Shown here piece after piece: positions 17,448 through 24,421 of a DNA stretch of 32,000 nt. Position numbers and translations under genes: made by a program. The DNA is from Cylindrospermum sp. FACHB-282. Lineage in GTDB: Bacteria > Cyanobacteriota > Cyanobacteriia > Cyanobacteriales > Nostocaceae. The DNA lies in assembly GCF_014697195.1 (NCBI RefSeq), contig NZ_JACJRJ010000023.1:60755-92754 (forward strand), read 5' to 3'. The notes beneath the pieces are model-generated. The model was not told the DNA's origin and made no database searches. It saw nothing but the letters and a program-made list of their open reading frames with translations. How positions within the stretch are numbered: the first letter of the stretch is position 1; each line of letters starts with the position of its first letter.

Positions 17448-17748
17448 GCAGAGCAGCAAAAAATCAAATAACTCTTTAAGCTGGATTATAGGCAGTAGTT
17501 AATGGTAGTTGCTGGAGTTTATTTACCTATCATCTATTAGACATTGACCCTAAACAATGTAGAGATTTGTCATGCTTATTTTTGACAAGGATTCTGCATA
17601 ATGCATATTTAATTGTCGGAGATGTCTATTACCACAAGCGAAGAGATTTATTGCCCGAATATCTAACATTCCACACTCACCCTCACAGCAAGCAGGGAGG
17701 GAAGTAAATCTCTTTTTTTTCAATTATTGTCACTAGGAGAAAATCTCA

Positions 17749-18210
17749 ATGGCGAGAGTAATTTTTTATGAAAAACCAGGCTGTCAAGGTGGTGCAAAGC
17801 AAAAAGCTTTGCTCACAGCCGCAGGTCATGAGGTAGTGGCATATAATCTGTTAGCAGAACCTTGGACAGTTGAAAAGTTGCGATCATTTTTTGGCGATCG
17901 CACTGTAGCCGAATGGTTTAACAAATCCGCACCCCGGATTAAGTCTGGTGAGGTGATTCCCGAAAAAATCGATGCTGACACCGCTTTGGTGATGATGCTG
18001 CAAGATCCGTTGCTGATTCGTCGTCCTTTACTTGAAGTAGGCGATCGCCGCGAAGTCGGTTTTGATGTCGAAAAACTTGATGCTTGGATTGGCTTAAAGC
18101 CTGTGGATGAATCCCAAAAGGCAATTATGGAAGAACTCCTAGCACAGAATTTGCAAGGTTGCTCCCACAACCATGAACACCACCACTCCAAGGGAAAGTG
18201 CAAACATTAG
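17749..18210 (+). CDS. ArsC/Spx-family nitrogenase-associated protein with a His/Cys-rich tail
   Basis: VIFYEKPGCQGGAKQKALL ... PLLIRRPLLEVG matches the ArsC-like 'nitrogenase-associated protein' family as I remember it. The C-terminus is CSHNHEHHHSKGKCKH. An RBS-like aggaga lies upstream. Confidence 0.75.
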   Translation: MARVIFYEKPGCQGGAKQKALLTAAGHEVVAYNLLAEPWTVEKLRSFFGDRTVAEWFNKSAPRIKSGEVIPEKIDADTALVMMLQDPLLIRRPLLEVGDRREVGFDVEKLDAWIGLKPVDESQKAIMEELLAQNLQGCSHNHEHHHSKGKCKH

Positions 18211-18324
18211 TTATATTCCGTAGAATAGGCGTCCCGCCTGTTCACAGACATCCCTAGAATTAAGATAGTTATAGCGCCTAGAATGCTTGCTATTCTGGGC
18301 GTTTTCATTTTGATTATAAATTCT

Positions 18325-18436
18325 GGCGTTGCTGATTAAAAATATGAATATGTGTCACGCAAAGGCGCTTTCGTCGCAAAGAATCAAGCTTAAAAAGGTT
18401 GACTTTCCCAATTTCATATTCTAATTCAGCAACGCC
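18325..18436. mobile_element. MITE-like element, family copy 1 (TIR ggcgttgctgat ... tcagcaacgcc)
   Basis: Its terminal inverted repeats and subterminal tatgaa/ttcatattct motifs are shared with 30787-30896. Confidence 0.7.
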
Positions 18437-18483
18437 TAAATTCTTAACTGGTTTAGCGATCGCAACTATTTGAGAGTTTGTCG

Positions 18484-18526
18484 TCAGCACGGAGAGTGCT
18501 GATCACAATCAGGACTAAAGTCCTGA
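18484..18526. repeat. Two adjacent small hairpin repeats (tcagcacggagagtgctga; tcaggactaaagtcctga)
   Basis: Both are perfect short palindromes of types common in Nostocales intergenic DNA. Confidence 0.7.
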
Positions 18527-18605
18527 CTACGAACTTGCGCTTAATTCTTGCTGGTTTCAGGTAGGTGTGTTGCAATGAGTGTATTAGATTACCTCAGCAA
18601 AACCT

Positions 18606-19073
18606 ATGGAACCCACAACATTAGCATTAGCGATCGCTACTATATTTCTCACCAAAGCACTAGAAAAATCTGGTGAGAACTTCAGCGATGGTTTGACGAA
18701 AAAAGTTGGTGATGCACTTGCTAAAATCCGCAAACATTCCCCCGAAACAGCCACAGCAATAACAGCAGCTGATCCACAAGTCTTGAATCTAAATAAAACA
18801 GTCTTAGAGCAAATCCCACCCGATCCGATTTTTGCCGAATTGGTCGATACTGCCGATGCAGAGAAAAATACCACATTTCAGGAGAAGCTTCAGGCAGTGA
18901 AAACAGGCAGAATTGTACAAGTGATGGCAAGTGAGATTGAAGCAACTAATCTCAAAGCAAAATCAATGAAACAAACAGCACCCCATGCAGCCGATTCAGT
19001 AGAACAGACGATGCTAAAAAATGTCAAAGCAACCGGCGATATTGATTTAGGTGATTTGACTCAAGAGGCATAA
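18606..19073 (+). CDS. Small protein with a hydrophobic N-terminal helix and a C-terminal G/D/L motif; candidate effector or adaptor of the downstream STAND NTPase
   Basis: 155-aa ORF with an ATG start. N-terminus reads MEPTTLALAIATIFLTKALEKSGENF. It is helical and charged in the middle and ends in KNVKATGDIDLGDLTQEA. The stop lies 3 nt before the next start. Confidence 0.65.
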   Translation: MEPTTLALAIATIFLTKALEKSGENFSDGLTKKVGDALAKIRKHSPETATAITAADPQVLNLNKTVLEQIPPDPIFAELVDTADAEKNTTFQEKLQAVKTGRIVQVMASEIEATNLKAKSMKQTAPHAADSVEQTMLKNVKATGDIDLGDLTQEA

Positions 19074-19076
19074 GCG

Positions 19077-19508
19077 ATGGAAGAGTTATTAGAACTTAAG
19101 GATTTACTAATTAGTGGCAATATCTCCGAGGCATTGCTGCTAGTGGAGGAAATGACCGAGATGAGCAAGGATGATAAGCTCAACAAAATTATTAGCTTTG
19201 GCATTATTTTGCTCCTGCATTTGATTAAGCAAGAAGCAGAGAAACGGACAACGCGCTCATGGGAGGTATCAATTCGTAATTCCGTGCGGCACATTCAACG
19301 TACCAACAAGCGACGCAAAGCAAACGGCAACTATTTTACACAAGCCGAATTGCAAGAAACTCTAGAAGAAGCTTATCAATCTGCTTTGGAACAGGCATCA
19401 TTAGAGGCGTTTGAAGGCAGGTATGAAGCCGAAGAAATTGCTGAAATGATAGATCGCACCAAAATTATAAATCAGGCGATCGCATTAATCTTGGAAAATC
19501 CTATATGA
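19077..19508 (+). CDS. DUF29-like helical protein
   Basis: LLLHLIKQEAEKRTTRSWEVSIRNSVRHIQR ... LEEAYQSALEQASLE resembles the DUF29 core pattern (LLxHLLKW...SWxxTIxxQRxxI). Its stop overlaps the next start (ATGA at 19505-19508). Confidence 0.6.
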   Translation: MEELLELKDLLISGNISEALLLVEEMTEMSKDDKLNKIISFGIILLLHLIKQEAEKRTTRSWEVSIRNSVRHIQRTNKRRKANGNYFTQAELQETLEEAYQSALEQASLEAFEGRYEAEEIAEMIDRTKIINQAIALILENPI

Positions 19509-22500
19509 GCGAACAACCACAAATTTCGCAAAACCTGTTTACTAATAATACTATCGGCGGCAATGTAACAATAAAGGAAATTAATCAGATTACATCATTT
19601 CAGCCACCACAGATGGAAGGGAACCCCTTTGTACCACCGCAACCGCGAGAGGGTGGGTTGTTTGGACGGGATGACGAATTAGCAGAAGTCCATCAATTAT
19701 TGCAAAGTGGTAAGAATGTCTGCGTAGTTTCCGGCATGGGTGGAGTAGGCAAAACCGGACTGGTGCGGGAATATGTCCATAGCCCAGATTGCAAAACACA
19801 CTTTTCTGGAGGAGTGTATTATATTAATGTGCGCGATAGACAAAATCTTGCTGCCGAAATTGTCGCACTGACCAGGTGGAAGTTTAAAAGCGATTTACCT
19901 CCCAATTTATCACCTCAACAGATGGTAAATGCTTGTTGGGAAACATGGAAAAGGCAGACAGAAAAAGTATTGCTGATTCTTGATGATGTAGCTGATTTAG
20001 CTGAAAACCTCAAGCCTTATTTACCACCATCAGATTTAGGGACAATGCGTTTGTTGATGACATCGCGGGAAACTCCTGACAAACGCATTGCAGAAAAATT
20101 ATCTTTAGAAATATTATCACTGCCCGCAGCAGTGGATTTATTAGCGTCAATTATTGGTGCAAACCGAGTTGCAGCAGAAAGAAAACAAGCCGAAAAGCTT
20201 TGCGAAGACTTAGGACGTTTGCCTTTAGCGTTAGAACTGGTGGGATATTATCTAGATGATGAAGATTATCAGCAACTATCGCTGTTAGCAATGTGCCAAA
20301 AGTTAGAACATAAAGTCAAACATCCTGCACTGTCACCTGAACAAGTGCCGATGGGGATGCAAGCACAAAGAGGTCTGCAAGCTGCATTTGATTTAAGTTG
20401 GGAAGAATTAAAACCAGAAGTAAAATATCTCGCTTGTGTATTGGGTGCATTTGCATCGGCTCCCATCTATTGGGGATTTGTCACAGCAATTTATCAACGT
20501 CTGCAAGATGAATCATTTAGTCCCGATGACTTAAAAGACCGTTGGTTAAAATCTCTGCGAAAGTTGCATCTTGTTATCTTAGTTGAAAAAGATATTTACA
20601 CCTTGCATCTTCTCGTGAGCGACTATTTCAGCGAACAACTTAAAAAGCATCCTGATTACAGCCAAATTAAACAAACATTTTGTGATGTGTTTGCGGATGT
20701 TGCCAGTAACGTAGAGCAATCTAGTAGTCTAGCAATATTCAATTTGATTGAACCGCATTTAAAAAAAATGATTGCTTGGTGTAAAAGCAATGAAAACACA
20801 CAACTTGCCCTCAGCTTAAATGGATTAGCAACACTCTACAAATCCCAAGGACGCTACAGCGATGCAGAACCCCTTTATCAGCAATCCTTAGAAATCAGAA
20901 AACGCCAACTAGGACTAGACCATCCCGATGTAGCATCCAGTCTCAACAATTTAGCGGGACTCTACTATTCCCAAGGACGCTACAGCGATGCAGAACCCCT
21001 TTATCAGCAATCTTTAGGAATCTTAAAACGCCTACTAGGACAAGACCATCCCGATGTGGCATCCAGTCTTAACAATTTAGCATTACTCTACCATTTTCAA
21101 GGACGCTACAGCGATGCAGAATCCCTTTATCAGCAATCTTTAGAAATCTATAAACGCCTACTAGGACAAGACCATCTCGATGTAGCATCCAGTCTTAACA
21201 ATTTAGCATTACTCTACCATTTTCAAGGACGCTACAGCGATGCAGAATCCCTTTATCAGCAATCTTTAGAAATCTATAAACGCCTACTAGGACAAGACCA
21301 TCCCGATGTAGCATCCAGTCTCAACAATTTAGCATCACTCTACGAATCTCAAGGACGCTACAGCGATGCAGAACCTCTTTATCAGCAATCTTTAGAAATC
21401 TATAAACGCCTACTAGGACAAGACCATCCCGATGTAGCAACCAGTCTCAACAATTTAGCAGAACTTTACAGATTGCAAGGACGCTACAGCGATGCAGAAC
21501 TCCTTCATCAGCAATCTTTAGAAATCAGAAAATGCCTACTAGGACTAGACCATCCTGATGTAGCATCCAGTCTTAACAATTTAGCATTACTCTACTCTTC
21601 CCAAGGACGCTACAGCGATGCAGAACCCCTTTATCAGCAATCTTTAAAAATCTATAAACGCCTACTAGGACAAGACCATCCTGATGTAGCATCCAGTCTC
21701 AACAATTTAGCATTACTCTACAAATCTCAAGGACGCTACAGCAATGCTGAACCTCTTCTTCAGCAATCTTTAGAAATCAGAAAACGCCTACTAGGACTAG
21801 ACCATCCTGATGTAGCAACCAGTCTCAACAATCTAGCAGCACTTTACAAGTCCCAAGGACGCTACAGCGATGCTGAACCCCTTCTTCAGCAATCTTTAGA
21901 AATCAAAAAACGCCTACTAGGACTAGACCATCCCGATGTGGCATCCAGTCTCAACAGTTTAGCATTGCTCTACCATTTTCAAGGACGCTACAGCGATGCA
22001 GAACCCCTTTATCAGCAATCTTTAGAAATCTTAAAACGCCTACTAGGGCAAAACCATCCTAATGTGGCAACCAGTCTCAACAATTTAGCATCACTCTACG
22101 AATATCAAGGACGCTACAGCGATGCAGAACCCCTTTATCAGCAATCTTTGGAAATATATAAACGCCTACTAGGACTAGACCATCCCGATGTGGCATCCAG
22201 TCTCAATAACTTAGCAGAACTTTACAGATTGCAAGGACGCTACAGCGATGCTGAACCCCTTTATCAGCAATCTTTAGAAATCAGAAAACGCCAACTAGGA
22301 CAAGACCATCCCGATGTAGCAACCAGTCTCAACAATTTAGCATCACTCTACTCTTCCCAAGGACGCTACAGCGATGCTGAACTCCTTTATCAGCAATCTT
22401 TAGAAATCAGAAAACGCCAACTAGGACAAGACCATCCCGATGTAGCAACCAGTCTCAACAATTTAGCTTTGTTGTATGAAGCGCAAAATAAATATGTAGA

Positions 22501-22759
22501 AGCTGAAAGTTTGTCTAAACAAGCTTTAGCAATATTTCAAAAAAGGTTAGGCAATCAACACCCCAGTACACAAAACGCAGCATTTGTTGTAAAATTATTG
22601 TATATAATGAGCCTTCTGCATTGCAATAAGGAAACATTGCTTGACATTCTGCAAGCTCTTGCACAACAAGCAGAGCTTACCGAGTTTAATACAGAAATAG
22701 CGCTGGCAATGCTAAAAAGACTAGAAAGCAATCCTGAGCTATTGTCATATATTCGATAA
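19505..22759 (+). CDS. STAND NTPase (NB-ARC/AP-ATPase type) with a C-terminal array of 14 TPRs (bacterial NLR-like)
   Basis: Walker A is GMGGVGKT (nt 19733-19756) and Walker B is VLLILDDV, followed by GRLPLALELVG (winged-helix region). Then come 13 near-identical and 1 degenerate 42-aa kinesin-light-chain-type TPRs. Only about 50 aa precede the NTPase domain. Confidence 0.9.
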   Translation: MSEQPQISQNLFTNNTIGGNVTIKEINQITSFQPPQMEGNPFVPPQPREGGLFGRDDELAEVHQLLQSGKNVCVVSGMGGVGKTGLVREYVHSPDCKTHFSGGVYYINVRDRQNLAAEIVALTRWKFKSDLPPNLSPQQMVNACWETWKRQTEKVLLILDDVADLAENLKPYLPPSDLGTMRLLMTSRETPDKRIAEKLSLEILSLPAAVDLLASIIGANRVAAERKQAEKLCEDLGRLPLALELVGYYLDDEDYQQLSLLAMCQKLEHKVKHPALSPEQVPMGMQAQRGLQAAFDLSWEELKPEVKYLACVLGAFASAPIYWGFVTAIYQRLQDESFSPDDLKDRWLKSLRKLHLVILVEKDIYTLHLLVSDYFSEQLKKHPDYSQIKQTFCDVFADVASNVEQSSSLAIFNLIEPHLKKMIAWCKSNENTQLALSLNGLATLYKSQGRYSDAEPLYQQSLEIRKRQLGLDHPDVASSLNNLAGLYYSQGRYSDAEPLYQQSLGILKRLLGQDHPDVASSLNNLALLYHFQGRYSDAESLYQQSLEIYKRLLGQDHLDVASSLNNLALLYHFQGRYSDAESLYQQSLEIYKRLLGQDHPDVASSLNNLASLYESQGRYSDAEPLYQQSLEIYKRLLGQDHPDVATSLNNLAELYRLQGRYSDAELLHQQSLEIRKCLLGLDHPDVASSLNNLALLYSSQGRYSDAEPLYQQSLKIYKRLLGQDHPDVASSLNNLALLYKSQGRYSNAEPLLQQSLEIRKRLLGLDHPDVATSLNNLAALYKSQGRYSDAEPLLQQSLEIKKRLLGLDHPDVASSLNSLALLYHFQGRYSDAEPLYQQSLEILKRLLGQNHPNVATSLNNLASLYEYQGRYSDAEPLYQQSLEIYKRLLGLDHPDVASSLNNLAELYRLQGRYSDAEPLYQQSLEIRKRQLGQDHPDVATSLNNLASLYSSQGRYSDAELLYQQSLEIRKRQLGQDHPDVATSLNNLALLYEAQNKYVEAESLSKQALAIFQKRLGNQHPSTQNAAFVVKLLYIMSLLHCNKETLLDILQALAQQAELTEFNTEIALAMLKRLESNPELLSYIR
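20807..22570 (+). repeat. Intragenic tandem array of 14 x 126 bp (42-aa TPR units)
   Basis: Units start at 20807 + 126n. Units 3 (21059) and 4 (21185) differ at 1 of 126 nt. The last unit (22445) is degenerate. Confidence 0.95.
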
Positions 22760-22864
22760 GCATTGCAGCAGCAAACAGAAGCATCAGATGACGATACATA
22801 AACATATTTACTAGATACATCCTTTAACGCATTACCAAATTTCAAAATGTGATTAACACTTGCA

Positions 22865-22971
22865 CCTCGTTCCCAGTCTCCGACTGGGAATGCTCTCAAA
22901 GCGGCTTTGCCGCTAGTAACAAGAGGCAGAGCCTCTCAGTAGGCATTCCTAGCCAGAGACTAGGAACGAGG
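22865..22971. mobile_element. MITE-like long hairpin element (cctcgttcccagtctc ... gagactaggaacgagg)
   Basis: 16-bp terminal inverted repeat with 1 mismatch. Internal hairpin cccagtctccgactggg. It is a common cyanobacterial repeat type and lies just downstream of the STAND gene. Confidence 0.65.
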
Positions 22972-23141
22972 GAGAGAACAACTAAATATGCAAAACAGTT
23001 TAACAGCATTAACATTGCCACACAAACAACTAAAAATTAGTTGTAATCCGGAATTATTGCCCAAAAAACACAAATAAAGGGTTGCTGTGCTTAATTATTG
23101 CTTGCTAAACTAAAAGCATTATTTGTTACAACAAAATTAAA

Positions 23142-23507
23142 ATGCCAGCGCAAGACACTACCCGCCGCCTCATCCCTACCATCCTTCAGCAAGACATCGA
23201 CTCTTACAACGGACTCAAAGCTGTTACAGGCTATACCACTGCTCGCGCGGAAGCCACCCCCGAAGCATTGCAAAAAGCACAAGCTGATATGGTGGCTAAA
23301 CAACAAGAAGAAACGGAAAAACAAGCATTATTCAAAGCCGCCGCAGACGCCGCCAAACAAGCAGAATGGGACTTCCACAACGCCGTTCTTGCCATGAAAG
23401 AAGCCATTAAGGGTCAATTTGGCTCTGATAGTGATGCAGCCCAAGCCGTTGGTTTCAAGAAAAAATCAGAACGCAAACGCCCCAGCAAAAAGAAAGCTTC
23501 AAACTAA
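23142..23507 (+). CDS. Hypothetical helical, lysine-rich-tail protein
   Basis: 121-aa ORF with protein-like composition. The overlapping 23098-23397 frame is low-complexity K/P-rich and is rejected. Confidence 0.55.
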   Translation: MPAQDTTRRLIPTILQQDIDSYNGLKAVTGYTTARAEATPEALQKAQADMVAKQQEETEKQALFKAAADAAKQAEWDFHNAVLAMKEAIKGQFGSDSDAAQAVGFKKKSERKRPSKKKASN

Positions 23508-23546
23508 TATCCTATTCAAAGTACCTCCAAACCCCTCTCCTCCAAA

Positions 23547-23602
23547 CCCCTCTCCTTCAGAAGGAGAGGGACAGGTTTTGCACAGCAAAACCAGGGTGAG
23601 GT
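23547..23602. repeat. Hairpin repeat A (ccctctccttcagaaggagaggg + caggttttgcacagcaaaaccagggtgaggtt)
   Basis: About 89% identical to the reverse complement of 24279-24334. Confidence 0.85.
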
Positions 23603-23695
23603 TTCTTCAGTCCCTAAATGGCTCTAGACAGACTCCCGTGGTAAGAATTTCTGTATACTTATTGCCAGCGGGTATTTATGTTACCCCACAGTAAG

Positions 23696-23741
23696 ACCTC
23701 ACCCCTAGCCCCTCTCCTTCTAAAGGAGAGGGGGACATGAG
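23696..23741. repeat. Hairpin repeat B, left arm of a perfect 46-bp inverted repeat
   Basis: acctcacccctagcccctctccttctaaaggagagggggacatgag is the exact reverse complement of 24375-24420. Confidence 0.95.
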
Positions 23742-23818
23742 AGGGGGACATGAGAGGGGAGGGGGACATGAGGGGAGAGGGGGACATGAGAGGGGAGGGG
23801 GGATATGAGGGGAGAGGT
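23728..23818 (+). repeat. G-rich irregular tandem repeat (gggggacatgagag)n
   Basis: gacatgag (one variant gatatgag) recurs at 23735, 23747, 23765, 23783 and 23802. Runs of G4-G6 lie between the copies. The array ends 29 nt before the DUF559 ATG. Confidence 0.9.
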
Positions 23819-23846
23819 ATGTTAGATGAAGAGGGAGAGATGAGAA

Positions 23847-24227
23847 ATGACTGAGCTTTTTAATCGGACTGAAGATATTGAAAAACGCCGTCGTCTGCGT
23901 CAGAATTCAACTGCGGCTGAGGGGATTCTGTGGCAGCATCTGCGTAACCGAAAGCTTCAGGGATACAAATTTCGCAGACAGTATGGAATTGATCGCTTTG
24001 TGGTTGATTTCTACTGTCCCGAAACACACCTGGCGATTGAGCTTGACGGTAGTATTCATGATATTCCAGAGATTGCAGAACGCGATCGCTATCGTCAAGC
24101 ATTCATCACCGCTAAAGGCATTCACTTTCTCCGCTTTCGCAACGAAGAGATATCCGACAACCTCCCCAATGTCCTACAACGCATCATCACAACCCTTCAA
24201 TCCCTCTCATGTCGCCCTCTTATTTAA
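23847..24227 (+). CDS. DUF559 (Vsr/restriction-endonuclease-like fold) endonuclease domain protein
   Basis: The sequence reads LRQNSTAAEGILWQHLRNRKLQGYKFRRQYGIDRFVVDFYCPETHLAIELDGSIH ... GIHFLRFRNEEI. This matches the DUF559 pattern (E..LW..LR......FRRQ......DF.C......IE.DG..H). Confidence 0.85.
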   Translation: MTELFNRTEDIEKRRRLRQNSTAAEGILWQHLRNRKLQGYKFRRQYGIDRFVVDFYCPETHLAIELDGSIHDIPEIAERDRYRQAFITAKGIHFLRFRNEEISDNLPNVLQRIITTLQSLSCRPLI

Positions 24228-24278
24228 CTACGGTTTATACACAAGTCTTTCTGAATGCAGTTTATGGTGGCGATTCAA

Positions 24279-24334
24279 AACCTCACCCTGGTTCTGCTAC
24301 GCATAACCTGTCCCTCTCCTTCGTAAGGAGAGGG
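24279..24334. repeat. Hairpin repeat A, inverted copy
   Basis: See 23547-23602. Confidence 0.85.
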
Positions 24335-24374
24335 ATTAGAAACGACGGGAGGGACTTTTTATCAAGGAATTCCC

Positions 24375-24420
24375 CTCATGTCCCCCTCTCCTTTAGAAGG
24401 AGAGGGGCTAGGGGTGAGGT
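24375..24420. repeat. Hairpin repeat B, right arm of the perfect 46-bp inverted repeat
   Basis: 46 of 46 match to the reverse complement of 23696-23741. It ends 1 nt from the cysK stop codon (24422-24424). Confidence 0.95.
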
Positions 24421-24421
24421 T

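Noticed and set aside
17826-18203. 125-aa and 61-aa minus-strand ORFs inside the ArsC-family gene
   Set aside because: They are antisense shadow ORFs with Ser/Pro-rich composition. The plus-strand frame has clear family motifs.
22555-23040. 114-aa minus-strand ORF (22555-22899) and 63-aa plus-strand ORF (22849-23040)
   Set aside because: The first overlaps the STAND gene 3' end in antisense. The second is a translation of the MITE-like hairpin (the RQSLSVGIPSQRLGTRE type).
23098-23397. Alternative 99-aa frame overlapping the 121-aa ORF at 23142
   Set aside because: Its composition is K/P/T-rich and low-complexity. The 23142 frame gives a helical, protein-like sequence.
23419-23694. 91-aa ORF at 23419-23694 and 101-aa ORF at 24209-24514 flanking the DUF559 gene
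   Set aside because: They are translations of the cccctctcc/ggagagggg hairpin repeats (PLSF...RRGARGEV-type peptides). The second also overlaps the cysK 3' end on the opposite strand.
19484-24081. Absence of HIP1 (GCGATCGC) from the STAND gene as evidence of foreign origin
   Set aside because: HIP1-free gaps of similar length (4-4.6 kb) also occur over clearly native genes, for example 6154-10767. The absence is therefore not discriminating on its own.
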